A DNA stretch of 59,425 nt from Gammaproteobacteria bacterium. GTDB taxonomy: Bacteria; Pseudomonadota; Gammaproteobacteria; Pseudomonadales; Litorivicinaceae. The stretch covers positions 11,385 through 70,809 of the forward strand of contig PBZS01000040.1 in assembly GCA_002730235.1 (NCBI GenBank), written 5' to 3'. The notes beneath the pieces were generated by a model, which saw only the letters and a program-made list of their open reading frames with translations, searched no databases and was not told the origin of the DNA. Both the position numbers and the translations under genes were made by a program. Positions 41,261 to 54,444 of this stretch are shown here, one piece after another. Every line of letters begins with the position of its first letter. The first letter of the stretch is position 1.

Positions 41261-42209
41261 GCTTTACCCCTTCCATCACGTAATGGCGCTCGACCGTTTC
41301 CGCCAACTCCTGCCTCCATGACCTCGACTTCACCCCAAAAGCAAATAAAAGCTTCCGGGTTGAGAGAACCAAACGGTGAGGTCGTAAAGCCCGTCCTTGA
41401 ATAGAATTCCCAGAGATACCAACAATTTCTTCTACCATTAGATCTTCAAATTGCCGCGCTTGTGCAATGATACACTCTCCGAGCTCAAGCCAAGACGCAT
41501 CTCCCTGACAGCCAACATGATAAATACCATAAGCATTTGCTCCAGCGTGCAATTGATCAATAACCGCCGAAACGACTCGACCGATATCAAAAACGGATGT
41601 GGGACAACCTCTTTCGTCTTGAATCATCGAAAGTTGAGACTCAACCCGTGCAAGATCCAAAATATTGGCAACAAAACTGTTCGGAGCCGGGGCAAACAAA
41701 TGTGATACCCGGAGGACGACATGGCGATCTAACAAACTTTCAATATAACACTCAGCCTCTAAACGAGTTCGGCCATATAAATTTAGGGGATTCGGCGCAT
41801 CATTCTCAAAATAAGCGATGTCTTTCTGACCATCAAAAATATAGTCGGTGGAAAACTGAATTAACGTAGCATCAAACTCTCGGCAGGCGATTGCCAAACT
41901 GACGGGCAAATCATGATTAATAAGTCGACACTCCTGCGGATCAAACTCCGCTCGGTCCACGCCAGATTCTACCAAGCAGTTGACAACGAAATCAGGGCGA
42001 CGCATTCGAATAGCTTCAAATATCTCTGATTCATCAAATAAATCCAAGGTACGTGGTAAAACGATCCGCTGCTGACCACCACTGGTCTCTGATTCAAAAA
42101 ATGCCGAAGCGAGGCTCGTATCTCCTCCAATAACTAAAACTCGCGCCTTTGGAAATCGACTGTCTGACTCGTCATGGAAGCTAATACACCTAGAAAGGGA
42201 TTTCGTCAT
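41247..42209 (-). CDS. RmlD-like (dTDP-4-dehydrorhamnose reductase family) sugar-nucleotide-binding protein
   Basis: [38 protein letters not shown]; start uncertain (in-frame ATG 42209 overlaps ssb end). Confidence 0.82.
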   Translation of the reverse strand: MTKSLSRCISFHDESDSRFPKARVLVIGGDTSLASAFFESETSGGQQRIVLPRTLDLFDESEIFEAIRMRRPDFVVNCLVESGVDRAEFDPQECRLINHDLPVSLAIACREFDATLIQFSTDYIFDGQKDIAYFENDAPNPLNLYGRTRLEAECYIESLLDRHVVLRVSHLFAPAPNSFVANILDLARVESQLSMIQDERGCPTSVFDIGRVVSAVIDQLHAGANAYGIYHVGCQGDASWLELGECIIAQARQFEDLMVEEIVGISGNSIQGRALRPHRLVLSTRKLLFAFGVKSRSWRQELAETVERHYVMEGVKHGSH

Positions 42210-42657
42210 CGATATTAGGGTCTGGCATCGGCTGACTGACGGGGGGAGTTGGTGCCTGCCGCGGCGCGGGCTCACTTTGAGGACGAGACTGAACCGCCGC
42301 GTGCGACGTCATATCAGTATCCCCACGACTATCGAGCATCATCATCTCACGACCAATAATTTCGGTTGTATATCGCTTTTGGCCGTCCTGCTCCCAAGAG
42401 CGCGTCCGCAGACTTCCCTCAATATAAATCCGCGAACCCTTACGCAAATATTGTCCACAGATTTCCGCAAGACGATCGAAGCATACGACACGATGCCACT
42501 CTGTACGTTCTTGCATTTCACCACTATTTCGGTCGCGCCATGAGTCGGTTGTAGCAATACTGAGATTTGCAACCTGATTACCTGAGGGCAAAGCTTTCAT
42601 TTCTGGATCGTTGCCAAGATTCCCTATCAGGGTAACTTTGTTGACTGAGCGCGCCAT
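42190..42657 (-). CDS. ssb: Single-stranded DNA-binding protein
   Basis: [30 protein letters not shown]-terminal DDEIPF. Confidence 0.98.
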   Translation of the reverse strand: MARSVNKVTLIGNLGNDPEMKALPSGNQVANLSIATTDSWRDRNSGEMQERTEWHRVVCFDRLAEICGQYLRKGSRIYIEGSLRTRSWEQDGQKRYTTEIIGREMMMLDSRGDTDMTSHAAVQSRPQSEPAPRQAPTPPVSQPMPDPNIDDEIPF

Positions 42658-42832
42658 GAATTCATCCTATGTCATAAGTCTCATAATTATTGGTTAATGT
42701 AGCACGGACAAGCACCCGTCAGCGACTATCGAAACACGGTATCGAAGAGTTCTAATTTTCTGCATTGAATCGACGCATTGAAGCCCAATCAATAGACACA
42801 CGGTAAATTTTTAACGGCCAAAACGGATCTCT

Positions 42833-45667
42833 GTGCACTCTATACAAATTCGTGGGGCGAGAACCCACAATCTCAAAAATGTTCATCTCGACCTGCCTCG
42901 TGACAAGCTGATAGTTATCACCGGACTCTCCGGTTCCGGTAAGTCTTCACTTGCATTTGATACATTGTATGCAGAAGGGCAACGACGTTACGTTGAATCG
43001 CTTTCGGCCTATGCACGGCAATTTCTTTCTATGATGGAAAAGCCAGATGTTGACCATATCGAGGGGCTATCTCCAGCCATCTCGATTGAGCAAAAATCAA
43101 CAAGTCATAACCCACGCTCGACAGTAGGTACCATCACTGAGATTTACGATTATTTGAGGCTGTTGTACGCGCGGGCTGGTGAACCACTATGCCCTAGTCA
43201 CAGTACGAGCCTTGAAGCTCAGACTGTCAGTCAAATGGTCGATCAAGTGTTGGCCCTACCTGAAAGTTCAAAAATCCTCATTCTGGCCCCAATGATCAGC
43301 GATCGCAAAGGCGAACATCTTCACGTATTCCAGGAGTTGAAATCACAAGGCTTCATTCGAGTTCGCGTTGATGGTCTGGTTGTCGATCTGGATGAGGCTC
43401 CTTCCTTAGATAAAAAGAAAAAACATTCTGTCGATGCTGTCGTCGATCGACTCAAAGTTGATCAATCACAGCGACTTCGACTCGCTGAATCAATCGAAAC
43501 AGCGCTGAATCTCTCAGACGGACAGGTTGTAATCCAATCCATGGATGATTCATTTGAACCGTTACTGTTTTCATCCAAATTCGCCTGTTCCATTTGTGGA
43601 TATTCGATCCCCGAGCTCGAGCCACGAATTTTTTCATTCAATAGTCCATTTGGAGCTTGTCCTACCTGTGATGGTCTAGGAGTACATCAGTTTTTAGATC
43701 CGGATGGGCTCATTATCGATCCGGAACTGTCATTATCATCAGGCGCGATCAAAGGCTGGGATCGAAGGAGCATGTATTATTATCATCTTCTCAAATGTCT
43801 CGCTCGTCACTACGAGTTTAGTCTCGATTCTGAATGGCAGAACCTGTCTGTAGAACATCAACAGAAAGTACTTTATGGGTCAGGCCACGAATCAGTCGAC
43901 TTCAGTTATGTATCCGATCGCGGTAGAGAAGTTTCAAAGAAACATGCATTTGAAGGTGTCATTCGAAATCTTGAGCGCCGATACAAAGAGACTGACAGCC
44001 AGTCTCAGCGCGATGAGCTTGCCAAGCTAATGACACAAGCTCCTTGTCCTGACTGCGGGGGATCAAGACTTAATATCGCAGCGCGAAATGTATTTATCAA
44101 TGAAAGTCGGCTTCCAGACCTTGTTAAACTACCAATCGGTGAGTGTTATCAATTCTTTGAAGCTTTGAACTTACCAGGTAGACGCCAAAAAATTGCAGAT
44201 AAAATCTTAAAAGAAATCCAAGCTCGTCTCGGTTTTCTAATTAACGTGGGTTTGGACTACCTATCACTTGATCGAAGCGCAGAGACGCTCTCAGGTGGTG
44301 AAGCCCAACGTATTCGTCTCGCCAGCCAGATCGGTGCTGGTTTGGTAGGCGTGATGTACATTCTTGATGAACCGTCAATTGGGCTTCATCAACGCGATAA
44401 CGAGCGGCTCCTAAATACACTTTTCCATTTGCGGGATTTAGGTAATACCGTAATTGTTGTAGAGCACGATGAAGATGCAATGCGAAGCGCCGATTACCTT
44501 ATCGATATCGGTCCAGGCGCTGGCGTCCACGGCGGCCAGATCGTAGCTGCGGGAACACCCGTCGAAGTTATGTCCCATGAACAATCTGTGACTGGACAAT
44601 ACCTTTCCGGCAAGAAACAAATCTTGGTTCCAGAACGACGAACCCCCAAGGGTAATCATCAACTCACACTAGAAGGATGTTCTGGGAACAATCTGCAAAA
44701 TGTAACCCTTAATCTTCCGGTAGGACTACTAACCTGCGTCACAGGCGTTTCGGGTTCCGGTAAATCAACCCTGATTAACAGCACTCTCTATCCGCACGCA
44801 GCGAGAGTTTTGAATAAAGCGACCACGTTAAAATCGGCTCCGTTTTTGCACTGTCACGGCATTCATGAGCTAGATAAAGTTGTTGATATTGACCAAAGCC
44901 CGATCGGTAGAACCCCGCGATCAAATCCTGCAACCTACACAGGACTTTTCACACCAATTCGAGAAATTTATGCGGAAACTCAAGAGGCGCGTTCACGCGG
45001 GTACACTCCTGGACGATTCTCGTTCAATGTAAAGGGCGGTCGGTGCGAAACCTGCCAGGGTGACGGTCTGATCAAAGTAGAAATGCACTTTCTTCCTGAC
45101 ATTTATGTGCCTTGTGATACCTGTAAAGGACTGCGATACAACAGAGAGACTCTCGACATCCGATACAAAGGGAAGTCGATTCATGACGTACTTCAGATGA
45201 CAGTTGAAGATGCACGCGGATTCTTCGACGCAATTCCCACGCTCGCACGTAAACTACAAACTCTCGTTGACGTAGGACTCTCTTACTTGAAGCTTGGACA
45301 ATCTGCAACGACGCTCTCAGGCGGCGAAGCGCAGCGCGTCAAATTAGCACGCGAACTTTCAAAACGGGATACAGGCCGAACCCTCTATATTCTCGATGAA
45401 CCAACTACTGGTCTGCACTTTGAAGATATTAAACAGCTATTGGCTGTGCTTCATAAACTCCGCGATCACGGAAATACCGTAGTTATTATCGAACACAATC
45501 TCGATGTTATAAAAACAGCGGACTGGGTTATCGATCTCGGTCCAGAGGGTGGTTCAGGTGGCGGACAGATTATTGCTGAAGGAACCCCTGAATACGTTGC
45601 GTCTCGATCAGATTCCCATACCGGTTGTTTTTTAACACCCTTGCTCGACCGGAAAAAAAGTGCCTAA
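42833..45667 (+). CDS. uvrA: Excinuclease ABC subunit A
   Basis: [23 protein letters not shown], two LSGGEAQR, zinc fingers; GTG start. Confidence 0.98.
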   Translation: MHSIQIRGARTHNLKNVHLDLPRDKLIVITGLSGSGKSSLAFDTLYAEGQRRYVESLSAYARQFLSMMEKPDVDHIEGLSPAISIEQKSTSHNPRSTVGTITEIYDYLRLLYARAGEPLCPSHSTSLEAQTVSQMVDQVLALPESSKILILAPMISDRKGEHLHVFQELKSQGFIRVRVDGLVVDLDEAPSLDKKKKHSVDAVVDRLKVDQSQRLRLAESIETALNLSDGQVVIQSMDDSFEPLLFSSKFACSICGYSIPELEPRIFSFNSPFGACPTCDGLGVHQFLDPDGLIIDPELSLSSGAIKGWDRRSMYYYHLLKCLARHYEFSLDSEWQNLSVEHQQKVLYGSGHESVDFSYVSDRGREVSKKHAFEGVIRNLERRYKETDSQSQRDELAKLMTQAPCPDCGGSRLNIAARNVFINESRLPDLVKLPIGECYQFFEALNLPGRRQKIADKILKEIQARLGFLINVGLDYLSLDRSAETLSGGEAQRIRLASQIGAGLVGVMYILDEPSIGLHQRDNERLLNTLFHLRDLGNTVIVVEHDEDAMRSADYLIDIGPGAGVHGGQIVAAGTPVEVMSHEQSVTGQYLSGKKQILVPERRTPKGNHQLTLEGCSGNNLQNVTLNLPVGLLTCVTGVSGSGKSTLINSTLYPHAARVLNKATTLKSAPFLHCHGIHELDKVVDIDQSPIGRTPRSNPATYTGLFTPIREIYAETQEARSRGYTPGRFSFNVKGGRCETCQGDGLIKVEMHFLPDIYVPCDTCKGLRYNRETLDIRYKGKSIHDVLQMTVEDARGFFDAIPTLARKLQTLVDVGLSYLKLGQSATTLSGGEAQRVKLARELSKRDTGRTLYILDEPTTGLHFEDIKQLLAVLHKLRDHGNTVVIIEHNLDVIKTADWVIDLGPEGGSGGGQIIAEGTPEYVASRSDSHTGCFLTPLLDRKKSA

Positions 45668-45721
45668 GACACCCTTAATTCCGAAAACCAGTTTTTGTTA
45701 GTTCAAATGCGCGAGCTTCAT

Positions 45722-46099
45722 TCAAGGATCGACTGCTGTCTCCAAGCGGTCAACCAGCTCCACGATAGCCATTGGAGCAGCATCACCAGCGCGGAACCCG
45801 CACTTGAGTATCCGCATATAACCACCTGGGCGCTCATTGTAGCGAGGCCCCAGCTCCGCGAATAATTTACCAACTGCCGTATCGTTGCGCAGGCGACTAA
45901 AGGCCAATCGTCGATTCGCAACTGAATCGTCCTTTGCTAAAGTAATCAAAGGCTCAACAACACGTCGCAACTCTTTCGCTTTTGGCAACGTTGTCTTGAT
46001 GCATTCATGCTCGATTAAAGATGCAGTCATGTTTGAAAACATCGCTTTACGATGACTACTTGTTCTATTCAGTTTTCTTCCGCTTTTTAAATGACGCAT
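45722..46099 (-). CDS. rplQ: 50S ribosomal protein L17
   Basis: [27 protein letters not shown]. Confidence 0.98.
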   Translation of the reverse strand: MRHLKSGRKLNRTSSHRKAMFSNMTASLIEHECIKTTLPKAKELRRVVEPLITLAKDDSVANRRLAFSRLRNDTAVGKLFAELGPRYNERPGGYMRILKCGFRAGDAAPMAIVELVDRLETAVDP

Positions 46100-46149
46100 A
46101 TTCTATTCCCGCTTCTTAAAGACACCGTCTAACGACGAGTCAGTCTAAT

Positions 46150-47139
46150 TTACGCACTTTCTTCGCGCGCAAATCCTGCTGGTGGCCAATTTTCAAGACG
46201 TGAACCTAACGACAATCCACGTGACGCAAGCACGTCTTTAATCTCTGTTAGGGACTTCTTACCGAGATTAGGCGTCTTCAATAACTCCACTTCAGTCCGC
46301 TGGACAAGGTCCCCAATGTAATAGATATTCTCCGCTTTCAGGCAATTTGCTGAACGCACGGTCAGCTCGAGGTCGTCAACCGGCCGCAAAAGAATCGGAT
46401 CGATTTCGTCTTTCGGCTTCTCGGGATCCACGTCCGGTAGCTTCTCCAACTGAACGAACACAGACAACTGCTGTTGAAGTAGTGTAGCGGCCCTACGAAT
46501 CGCTTCTTCAGCATCCAACGTCCCATTGGTTTCAAGATCAATCACCAGCTTATCCAAGTCAGTACGCTTCTCAACACGTGCACTTTCAACCACATAAGAA
46601 ACTTTGCGAACGGGGCTGTAGGTGGCATCCAATTGAAGAGCACCAATCGTCCGAGTCTCCTCATCTTCCTCACGATCGCTCGCAGGTTCGTAACCGATTC
46701 CAAGCGCGACGCATGCTTCGATTTGCAGCGATCCACGCTCTGAAACTGTAGCTATATGGCGTTCTGGATTAGCAATCTCAACGTTCTGCGGTACTTCAAA
46801 GTCACCAGCAGTGACAACGCCTTCCCCTGAGTGATTTAACCTAATCGTTGCGATATTATCACGGCCTTCCAGAGCGACGGCGACGTTCTTCAAGTTCAAA
46901 AGAATCTCAATAACGTCTTCTTTAACACCTTCGATTTCCGAGTACTCATGTGCTACACCATCAATCCTTGCTTCGATGATCGCGCAACCCGGCATCGACG
47001 ATAAAAGAATCCGACGCAACGCGTTACCTAGTGTGTGGCCGTAACCCCGCTCAAGAGGCTCAAGAATAATTTTTGAGCGTCCGGGAGCTACCTCCTGGAC
47101 CTGAATCTGACGTGGTGTCAGCAGTTCCAATGACGACAT
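46150..47139 (-). CDS. rpoA: RNA polymerase alpha subunit
   Basis: [45 protein letters not shown]. Confidence 0.99.
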   Translation of the reverse strand: MSSLELLTPRQIQVQEVAPGRSKIILEPLERGYGHTLGNALRRILLSSMPGCAIIEARIDGVAHEYSEIEGVKEDVIEILLNLKNVAVALEGRDNIATIRLNHSGEGVVTAGDFEVPQNVEIANPERHIATVSERGSLQIEACVALGIGYEPASDREEDEETRTIGALQLDATYSPVRKVSYVVESARVEKRTDLDKLVIDLETNGTLDAEEAIRRAATLLQQQLSVFVQLEKLPDVDPEKPKDEIDPILLRPVDDLELTVRSANCLKAENIYYIGDLVQRTEVELLKTPNLGKKSLTEIKDVLASRGLSLGSRLENWPPAGFAREESA

Positions 47140-47160
47140 ACTGTCTCCTAAAAAAGTGGT

Positions 47161-47781
47161 TTATTTCGAGTACAACTCGACAATCAGATTTTCATTTATA
47201 TCTTGTGACAGGTCTTGACGCTCTGGAAACGCCTTGAACGTGCCCTCCATCTTTGATGAATCAACATCCATCCATGATACATCGGCACGTTGTCCAGCTA
47301 ACTCAAGAGCCGCTCGAATACGTAGCTGACTTCTCGCCTTTTCATGAACACTTACCACATCCCCCGGCTTAACCTGGTACGACGGGATGTTCAGTACTTT
47401 TCCGTTGACCATGATAGATCTATGGCTAACAACCTGCCGTGCCTCGGCACGTGTCGAACCAAAACCCATTCTGTAGACAACATTATCCAGACGGCTTTCC
47501 AGGAGCTTGAGCAGATTCTCACCCGTTGATCCTCGGAGGCGTGATGCCTCTTTGTAATAGTTACGGAACTGCCTTTCGAGAACGCCATAGATTCGGCGAA
47601 CTTTTTGCTTTTCACGCAATTGCAATCCGTAGTCAGACAAACGACCACGTGCCGCACCATGCATTCCTGGTTTCGTTTCCAGTTTGCACTTTGAATCTAT
47701 AGAACGCACGCCGCTCTTAAGGAATAAGTCTGTTCCTTCACGACGAGCTAACTTACAAGTTGGTCCGATATACCGTGCCAT
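47161..47781 (-). CDS. rpsD: 30S ribosomal protein S4
   Basis: [33 protein letters not shown]. Confidence 0.99.
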   Translation of the reverse strand: MARYIGPTCKLARREGTDLFLKSGVRSIDSKCKLETKPGMHGAARGRLSDYGLQLREKQKVRRIYGVLERQFRNYYKEASRLRGSTGENLLKLLESRLDNVVYRMGFGSTRAEARQVVSHRSIMVNGKVLNIPSYQVKPGDVVSVHEKARSQLRIRAALELAGQRADVSWMDVDSSKMEGTFKAFPERQDLSQDINENLIVELYSK

Positions 47782-47795
47782 TCCTTTACTTCTCC

Positions 47796-48185
47796 TTAGA
47801 CGCGTCGCTTTTTCGGCGGACGGCAGCCGTTGTGAGGAATCGGCGTGACGTCAGTGATATTCGTAACTTTTAGGCCCACAGCATTCAAAGCGCGGACAGC
47901 ACTTTCACGTCCTGGTCCCGGCCCTTTAACCATAACATCGACAGACTTTAGTCCGAATTCTTGCGCGGCGGATGCAGCGCGCTCACTGGCTACCTGCGCC
48001 GCGAAAGGAGTGGACTTCCGCGACCCGCGAAAGCCTGAACCACCAGCGGTTGCCCATGATAGCGCATTACCTTGACGATCAGTTATCGTTATGATGGTGT
48101 TGTTAAACGAGGCATGAATATGTACCACGCCCTCAACTACCTGCTTCTTTATCTTTTTACGCGGTGCGCTTCGCTGTGTCGCCAT
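47796..48185 (-). CDS. rpsK: 30S ribosomal protein S11
   Basis: [32 protein letters not shown]. Confidence 0.99.
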   Translation of the reverse strand: MATQRSAPRKKIKKQVVEGVVHIHASFNNTIITITDRQGNALSWATAGGSGFRGSRKSTPFAAQVASERAASAAQEFGLKSVDVMVKGPGPGRESAVRALNAVGLKVTNITDVTPIPHNGCRPPKKRRV

Positions 48186-48194
48186 CAAAATTCC

Positions 48195-48551
48195 TTATTT
48201 ACGAATCGGCTTACGTGGGCCCTTGCGAGTCCGCGCGTTTGTTTTAGTGCGCTGTCCACGAACCGGCAGACTACGACGATGTCGAATCCCGCGGAAACAA
48301 CCGAGATCCATTAAACGTTTGATATTCATTGAGACCTCTCGGCGAAGATCCCCTTCCACGTCAAGCTTTCCCACTTCTACACGAAGCTTTTCCAACTGAT
48401 CTTCAGTCAAAGATGCAATCTTGGCAGACTCGTTTATGTCTGTCGCTTTACAAATCGCCTTCGCGCGAGTTTGGCCGATCCCAAAAACATACTGCAGTGA
48501 GATCACTGTGTGCTTATTATCTGGGATATTGACGCCCGCTATACGTGCCAT
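48195..48551 (-). CDS. rpsM: 30S ribosomal protein S13
   Basis: [34 protein letters not shown]. Confidence 0.99.
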   Translation of the reverse strand: MARIAGVNIPDNKHTVISLQYVFGIGQTRAKAICKATDINESAKIASLTEDQLEKLRVEVGKLDVEGDLRREVSMNIKRLMDLGCFRGIRHRRSLPVRGQRTKTNARTRKGPRKPIRK

Positions 48552-48611
48552 TCCTAACTCTCCAAATTCTTGAATCGGCGAACCCGATTCGCGAAAAATA
48601 CAAGGCGCAAA

Positions 48612-48640
48612 ATTCTATTGATTTCAATAAGAAATCACAA
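48612..48640 (-). promoter_or_regulatory. Sigma70 promoter of alpha operon
   Basis: Minus strand TTGTGA-17 bp-TAGAAT followed by TTTGCGCC, in rpmJ-rpsM spacer. Confidence 0.65.
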
Positions 48641-48652
48641 CCCCTAATATAA

Positions 48653-48766
48653 TTAACCTTGCCGTTGCTTATGCCGAGGATCTGAACAAATCACGCGTAC
48701 CGCCCCGTTACGACGAATAATCCGACAATTCCGACAAATCTTTTTCACTGATGCGCGTACTTTCAC
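48653..48766 (-). CDS. rpmJ: 50S ribosomal protein L36 (Zn-binding form), absent from ORF track
   Basis: Manual translation from GTG: [37 protein letters not shown]; GGGAG RBS. Confidence 0.97.
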   Translation of the reverse strand: MKVRASVKKICRNCRIIRRNGAVRVICSDPRHKQRQG

Positions 48767-48787
48767 TTCGAAGCTCCCAATGCTCAA

Positions 48788-50107
48788 TTACCGTAATAGG
48801 CCGCCAGAGCCATAGCCTTTTAAATTAGATTTTTTCATCAAAGAGTCGTACTGCCGACTCATCAAATGCGACTGCACTTGTGACATAAAGTCCATCACAA
48901 CTACTACGACGATGAGTAATGATGTTCCGCCAAAATAAAAAGGTGCGTTAAAACTGACAACCAAGCTTTGCGGGAGTAAAGAAACCGCCGCGATATATGA
49001 GGCACCCCAAAACGTCAGACGACTCATCACCTTATCAATATAATTTGCTGATTGCTCCCCCGGCCGAATTCCCGGAATAAAGGCACCAGACTTTTTTAGA
49101 TTGTCAGCTACATCACGTGGATTAAAGACTAACGCCGTATAGAAGTAACAGAAAAATACTATTCCAACTGTAAATAACAAATAATACAGCGGCTGACCCG
49201 GCCCAAGCGCTAAACTTACATCTTGCAACCATTCCATACCTTCGCCTTGCCCGAACCATTGCCCAATTGAAGCAGGAAACAACAGCAAACTTGAAGCAAA
49301 GATCGGGGGAATTACGCCTGCCATGTTAATTTTCAATGGTAGATGCGATTGTTGAGCCGCATATACTTTATTACCTTGCTGGCGACGCGCATAGTTCACG
49401 GTAATACGTCGCTGAGCACGCTCCATGAACACCACAAAGGCAACAACGCCGACTGCGATTATTCCAATCGCAAGTAAACCCAGGATATTGAGATCACCTT
49501 GACGTGCAGCCTCTGCTGATTGCCCAATAGCCCCGGGAAGTCCGGCGACAATGCCCGCAAAGATCAACAGGCTGATCCCATTACCAATACCTTTCTCTGT
49601 GACCTGCTCTCCAAGCCACATCAGGAATACAGAACCCGAAACAAAAGTTACGACTGCAACGAAGTGAAAATGGAAATCCGATGTAAAGGCAACACCTTGG
49701 CCCGCCAAACCCATGGCCACGCCAATCGACTGAACGGTTGCAAGAAATACCGTCCCGTAACGCGTGTATTGAGTAATTCTACGACGTCCGGCTTCGCCAT
49801 CTTTTTTTAACGCCTCAAGGGACGGTACGACAGCTGTTAATAGCTGCATCACAATCGCCGCTGAGATATAAGGCATAATTCCGAGCGCGAATATCGACAT
49901 CCGCTCCAATGCACCGCCAGAAAACATGTTGAACAGACTCAAAATAGTTCCTTGAGTCTGTTCGAAAAGATCTGCTAATCGATCAGGATTTATACCCGGA
50001 ACGGGTATGTGCGCGCCAATACGATACACAACCACCGCAATCACTACGAAGCGAAGACGAGCCCAAAGCTCTGTTAGTCCGCCCACTGATGCCCCCGGAG
50101 TTGCCAT
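48788..50107 (-). CDS. secY: Preprotein translocase subunit SecY
   Basis: [45 protein letters not shown]. Confidence 0.99.
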   Translation of the reverse strand: MATPGASVGGLTELWARLRFVVIAVVVYRIGAHIPVPGINPDRLADLFEQTQGTILSLFNMFSGGALERMSIFALGIMPYISAAIVMQLLTAVVPSLEALKKDGEAGRRRITQYTRYGTVFLATVQSIGVAMGLAGQGVAFTSDFHFHFVAVVTFVSGSVFLMWLGEQVTEKGIGNGISLLIFAGIVAGLPGAIGQSAEAARQGDLNILGLLAIGIIAVGVVAFVVFMERAQRRITVNYARRQQGNKVYAAQQSHLPLKINMAGVIPPIFASSLLLFPASIGQWFGQGEGMEWLQDVSLALGPGQPLYYLLFTVGIVFFCYFYTALVFNPRDVADNLKKSGAFIPGIRPGEQSANYIDKVMSRLTFWGASYIAAVSLLPQSLVVSFNAPFYFGGTSLLIVVVVVMDFMSQVQSHLMSRQYDSLMKKSNLKGYGSGGLLR

Positions 50108-50109
50108 AC

Positions 50110-50544
50110 CTATGCTTCGACCTTTCCACCCGCAGCCTCAACTGCGGCTTGAGCACCTTTAGTGATCCTCAAGCCCTTAACAGTCATCGGCCTCGTGATT
50201 TCACCAGCAAGAATAATCTTCACATCTTTAATGTTAGCGCCAATAAGACGCGCTTGACGCAACGCTTCCATCGTAACCTCGTCACCTTGGATCTTATTCA
50301 ATTCAGCAAGGCGGATTTCATCCCGAGTAAAGCTCTTTCGCGATGTAAAGCCAAACTTTGGAAGACGACGCTGCAGAGGCATTTGACCACCTTCAAAACC
50401 CGGTTTCACAGAACCACCTGACCGCGACTTCAAACCTTTATGACCGCGACCACCCGTCTTACCGGTACCGGAACCAATTCCGCGACCGACGCGCTTCTTG
50501 TCTGTACGTGAACCCACTGCCGGAGATAATCCATTCAAACGCAT
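50110..50544 (-). CDS. rplO: 50S ribosomal protein L15
   Basis: [28 protein letters not shown]. Confidence 0.99.
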   Translation of the reverse strand: MRLNGLSPAVGSRTDKKRVGRGIGSGTGKTGGRGHKGLKSRSGGSVKPGFEGGQMPLQRRLPKFGFTSRKSFTRDEIRLAELNKIQGDEVTMEALRQARLIGANIKDVKIILAGEITRPMTVKGLRITKGAQAAVEAAGGKVEA

Positions 50545-50735
50545 TATAATTCTCCTTCAACGCGTAAAAGATAATTGGCCTTGTTAATCATTCCTCTCAC
50601 GCTAGGTGTATCCTCAACTTCGACTGTCTGATGCATACGCCTTAAGCCAAGACCCTGCACACACAGCTTGTGCTTTGGATTTTGACGGATTGGACTGCGC
50701 ACCAGCGTCACTTTCAACATCTTCTTTTTCGCCAT
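50544..50735 (-). CDS. rpmD: 50S ribosomal protein L30
   Basis: KVTLVRSPI...GLGLRR...DTPSVRGM; position. Confidence 0.97.
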   Translation of the reverse strand: MAKKKMLKVTLVRSPIRQNPKHKLCVQGLGLRRMHQTVEVEDTPSVRGMINKANYLLRVEGEL

Positions 50736-50746
50736 GTCTGTATTCC

Positions 50747-51253
50747 TTAGCCGAGAATTTCTTCGACCGACTTGCCGCGACGAGCCGCAACGTCTTCAGG
50801 CGATTGCATCTCGCCCAACGCTTTAATTGTTGCACGAACCACGTTGGCAGGATTCGTAGAGCCATAGCATTTTGCTAATACGTTCTGGATACCCGCGATC
50901 TCAAGGACCGCTCGCATCGCACCGCCAGCAATAACACCTGTACCTTGCGATGCCGGCTGCATATATACCTTTGCAGAACCGTGAGCCGCTTTGATTGGAT
51001 ATTGAATCGTATCGCCGTCAAGCTTCACCGTTACCATATTACGACGAGCAGCCTCCATTGCCTTTTGAATCGCCGCTGGGACTTCGCGCGCTTTCCCCCG
51101 CCCGTATCCGACTTTGCCATTTCCGTCGCCCACGACAGTAAGCGCTGTGAAACTGAAAATCCGACCACCTTTAACAACTTTGGCGACCCGATTTACCTGA
51201 ACCAGCTTTTCTTGCAGTTCACCCTGCTGCTGGACTTCTACTTTTGCGTTCAT
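50747..51253 (-). CDS. rpsE: 30S ribosomal protein S5
   Basis: [27 protein letters not shown]. Confidence 0.99.
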   Translation of the reverse strand: MNAKVEVQQQGELQEKLVQVNRVAKVVKGGRIFSFTALTVVGDGNGKVGYGRGKAREVPAAIQKAMEAARRNMVTVKLDGDTIQYPIKAAHGSAKVYMQPASQGTGVIAGGAMRAVLEIAGIQNVLAKCYGSTNPANVVRATIKALGEMQSPEDVAARRGKSVEEILG

Positions 51254-51262
51254 CGGATCCCC

Positions 51263-51613
51263 TTAAAACTCAAGTCCACTTTCACGAGCCGCGTCTGCCA
51301 AGGCTTTGACACGGCCGTGATAACGGAAACCGGAGCGGTCGAAAGCAACCGCCTGAATACCCTTTTCTTTCGCACGTTCAGCAATACGCTTGCCAACTTC
51401 TGCAGCTGCGACAACGTTCCCGCCATTTGTTTCGCGAAGGTCCTTGTCTAGTGTCGATGCTGTGCATATCACATTCGACCCATCACCAGTGATAATCTGA
51501 GCATAAATATGGCGTGGCGTACGATGTACACACAGACGATTCGCGTTCAACTCGCGCATTTTCGAGCGTGCACGGCGAGCCCGACGTATCCGTGATTTTT
51601 TTTTGTCTATCAT
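51263..51613 (-). CDS. rplR: 50S ribosomal protein L18
   Basis: [26 protein letters not shown]. Confidence 0.99.
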   Translation of the reverse strand: MIDKKKSRIRRARRARSKMRELNANRLCVHRTPRHIYAQIITGDGSNVICTASTLDKDLRETNGGNVVAAAEVGKRIAERAKEKGIQAVAFDRSGFRYHGRVKALADAARESGLEF

Positions 51614-51622
51614 GTCGGCTCC

Positions 51623-52156
51623 TTATTTCTTCTTCGCTTCTTTGCGGCGCACATATTCGTCTGAATAACGAACGCCTTTACCCTTATAAGGCTCCGGTGG
51701 ACGAAACGCGCGAATCTCAGCGGCAACCTGCCCAAGTAACTGCTTATCAGCTGACTTCAACACAATCTCCGTTTGGCTTGGAGTTTCTGCAATTACCCCC
51801 TGTGGGAGCTTATATACCACTGGGTGCGAGAACCCGAGTGTCAAGTTCATGTTAGAGCCTTGTACCTGGGCACGATATCCGACACCAATAAGTGTTAGCT
51901 TCTTCTCAAATCCATCAGCGACGCCAGTAACCATATTATTAATGATAGCCCGTGCTGTACCAGCCTGAGCCCAACCATCAGTAGCTCCTTCGCGTGGCTC
52001 AAACGTCAATACGTTATCCCTCTGTTGCACAGCAACTGACTCATTCAATAAGATCGATAGTGCGCCATTCTTCCCTTTAACCGTTATATTCTGACCGGCA
52101 ATATTCACATCAATATCTGATGGCAATTCGATCGGCGCTTTTGCAATGCGAGACAT
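51623..52156 (-). CDS. rplF: 50S ribosomal protein L6
   Basis: [29 protein letters not shown]; start moved to ATG 52156. Confidence 0.99.
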   Translation of the reverse strand: MSRIAKAPIELPSDIDVNIAGQNITVKGKNGALSILLNESVAVQQRDNVLTFEPREGATDGWAQAGTARAIINNMVTGVADGFEKKLTLIGVGYRAQVQGSNMNLTLGFSHPVVYKLPQGVIAETPSQTEIVLKSADKQLLGQVAAEIRAFRPPEPYKGKGVRYSDEYVRRKEAKKK

Positions 52157-52166
52157 AGATGACTCC

Positions 52167-52562
52167 TTAAAATACAGTGCAGAGCACTTCGCCACCTATT
52201 CCGGCTTTGCGCGCTTCGCGATCAGTCATCAAGCCTTTAGAGGTCGAAATGATTGCAACTCCGAGACCACCCTGAATCTTAGGCAGAGTCTCTTTACCCT
52301 CATAACGACGCAAACCTGGGCGGCTTGAACGTTTTATTTCACGGATTACGGGTCGGCCCTCGAAATAACGAAGATCAACGGTCAAAGTTGATTTAACCTC
52401 TGCTTCATCAATCTTATAACCAGCCAAAAAACCTTCGTCAGCGAGTACCTGGGCTAGCGCAATCTTCTGTTTGGAGGAAGGCATAGACACGAAAGTCTTG
52501 CCCGCCATTTGCCCGTTGCGGATGCGAGTGAACATATCCGCCAAAGTATCTTGCATACTCAT
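52167..52562 (-). CDS. rpsH: 30S ribosomal protein S8
   Basis: [35 protein letters not shown]. Confidence 0.99.
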   Translation of the reverse strand: MSMQDTLADMFTRIRNGQMAGKTFVSMPSSKQKIALAQVLADEGFLAGYKIDEAEVKSTLTVDLRYFEGRPVIREIKRSSRPGLRRYEGKETLPKIQGGLGVAIISTSKGLMTDREARKAGIGGEVLCTVF

Positions 52563-52577
52563 TTTCTAAATCACTCC

Positions 52578-52883
52578 TTACCAACTAGCCTTTTTCAAAC
52601 CAGGAACTTCACCGCGCATCATAATTTCGCGCAATTTTATCCGAGAGAGGCCAAACTTGCGGTAAACTGCGTGCGGACGTCCAGTCACGCGGCACCGACG
52701 TTGCAACCTTACAGCCGATGAATCGCGTGGCATCTTCTGAAGCTTTCGCTGCGCTTCCCATACTTCTTCATCTGTTGAATTTGAATTTGCGATGGTCGCC
52801 TTTAACTCTGCTCGCTTTGCCGCAAAGCGAGCTACAGTTTTTTGACGCTTAAGCTCGCGCTCTTTCATTGATTTCTTAGCCAC
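52578..52883 (-). CDS. rpsN: 30S ribosomal protein S14 (long form)
   Basis: [27 protein letters not shown]. Confidence 0.99.
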   Translation of the reverse strand: MAKKSMKERELKRQKTVARFAAKRAELKATIANSNSTDEEVWEAQRKLQKMPRDSSAVRLQRRCRVTGRPHAVYRKFGLSRIKLREIMMRGEVPGLKKASW

Positions 52884-52893
52884 CTAACGCCCC

Positions 52894-53433
52894 TTAATTC
52901 CGGAATGGAAAGCTAAACGCCTTCAACAGCGCCTTACCTTCGTCATCAGTTTCAGCAGATGTAGTGATCGTAATATCGAGACCGCGAAGCACATCCACTT
53001 TGTCATAGTCAATCTCAGGAAACATGATCTGCTCACGCACACCCATTGAGTAATTTCCTCGACCATCGAACGACTTACCATTCAAACCGCGAAAATCACG
53101 AATACGCGGGATCGAAACTGCTATCAAACGGTCTAGAAATTCCCACATATGCTCACCACGTAGCGTGACCTTACACCCAATTGGCCAACCATCACGGATT
53201 TTGAAGCCTGCAATTGACTTGCGTGCCTTCGTCACCACGGGCTTCTGACCGGCGATGGCAGTCATATCCCTAACTGCGTTTTCAATCTGCTTCTTATCCG
53301 CAACCGCCTCGCCAACTCCCATATTCAGAGTGATCTTCTTAACACGCGGCACTTGCATCACATTTTTATACGCAAACTCTTTCAAAAGTTTGGGTATCAC
53401 CTTCTCTTTGTAGACTTCTTGTAGTCTCGCCAT
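52894..53433 (-). CDS. rplE: 50S ribosomal protein L5
   Basis: [32 protein letters not shown]. Confidence 0.99.
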   Translation of the reverse strand: MARLQEVYKEKVIPKLLKEFAYKNVMQVPRVKKITLNMGVGEAVADKKQIENAVRDMTAIAGQKPVVTKARKSIAGFKIRDGWPIGCKVTLRGEHMWEFLDRLIAVSIPRIRDFRGLNGKSFDGRGNYSMGVREQIMFPEIDYDKVDVLRGLDITITTSAETDDEGKALLKAFSFPFRN

Positions 53434-53463
53434 GGCTTATCTCTCGCTCCTAGGCGCAGGGGC

Positions 53464-53784
53464 TTATACCCCAACTTCCTTACCATTGGACTTAAACACT
53501 CTTACCTTAGTGCCGTCCTCGTTTAAACGAAAACCAACGCGTTCCGCTTTATTAGTCTCCGGATTGAAAATGGCTACGTTAGAAATATGAAGCGGAGCTT
53601 CTTTCTCAACGATACCGCCTTGCTTACCGAGCGTCGGATTTGGCTTCATATGCTTTTTGATTAGGTTCACTCCTGACACTAAAACGCGGTTATCTGGGCG
53701 AACTTGCACCACTTTACCGCGACGCCCTTTATCTTTGCCCGCGAGAACGACGACCTCGTCGTCACGACGAATTTTTGCTGCCAC
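53464..53784 (-). CDS. rplX: 50S ribosomal protein L24
   Basis: [24 protein letters not shown]. Confidence 0.99.
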   Translation of the reverse strand: MAAKIRRDDEVVVLAGKDKGRRGKVVQVRPDNRVLVSGVNLIKKHMKPNPTLGKQGGIVEKEAPLHISNVAIFNPETNKAERVGFRLNEDGTKVRVFKSNGKEVGV

Positions 53785-53796
53785 CAGATTCCCTCC

Positions 53797-54165
53797 TTAC
53801 AAAACTTCAGGTGCTAGAGAGACGATCTTCATGAACTTCTCGCTACGTAATTCGCGCGTGACTGGTCCAAAAATACGAGTACCAATCGGCGCGAGGTTAG
53901 TATTTAGAAGAACGGCCGCATTGCCATCAAACTTAATTAAGGAACCATCCTGACGACGAACACCACTTCGTGTACGGACGACTACTGCATTAATGACTTG
54001 ACCTTTCTTAACTTTACCACGAGGAATCGCCTCTTTTACGGTGACTTTAATAATGTCACCGATCCGGGCGTAGCGACGCTTAGAGCCACCGAGTACCTTG
54101 ATACACATCACTCGACGCGCACCGGAATTATCGGCTACCTCAAGCATACTTTCCGCTTGAATCAT
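53797..54165 (-). CDS. rplN: 50S ribosomal protein L14
   Basis: [29 protein letters not shown]. Confidence 0.99.
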   Translation of the reverse strand: MIQAESMLEVADNSGARRVMCIKVLGGSKRRYARIGDIIKVTVKEAIPRGKVKKGQVINAVVVRTRSGVRRQDGSLIKFDGNAAVLLNTNLAPIGTRIFGPVTRELRSEKFMKIVSLAPEVL

Positions 54166-54177
54166 GATTCCCCTCCG

Positions 54178-54444
54178 TTAAACCTGAACTGCTCGCTCGG
54201 TGATTTCAATGAGACGGTACGCTTTCGACTTCGACAGCGGACGACACTCGGAGATGGTGACTATGTCACCAATCTTGCACTCATTATTTTCATCGTGAGC
54301 CGCAATTTTGGACGAGCGTTTCACGTACTTACCGTACAATGGGTGCTTCTCAAAACGCTCGATCAATACACTGATCGTCTTGTGGCCTTTATTTGATACA
54401 ACCTTTCCACTCAGGGCACTAATTGCTCTTACCGTATCAGTCAT
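54178..54444 (-). CDS. rpsQ: 30S ribosomal protein S17
   Basis: [26 protein letters not shown]. Confidence 0.98.
   Translation of the reverse strand: MTDTVRAISALSGKVVSNKGHKTISVLIERFEKHPLYGKYVKRSSKIAAHDENNECKIGDIVTISECRPLSKSKAYRLIEITERAVQV

Noticed and set aside
42658-42850. LexA (SOS) box between ssb and uvrA
   Set aside because: No CTGT-N8-ACAG found; the nearest string, CTGTGCACTCTATACAA, has the wrong spacing and end
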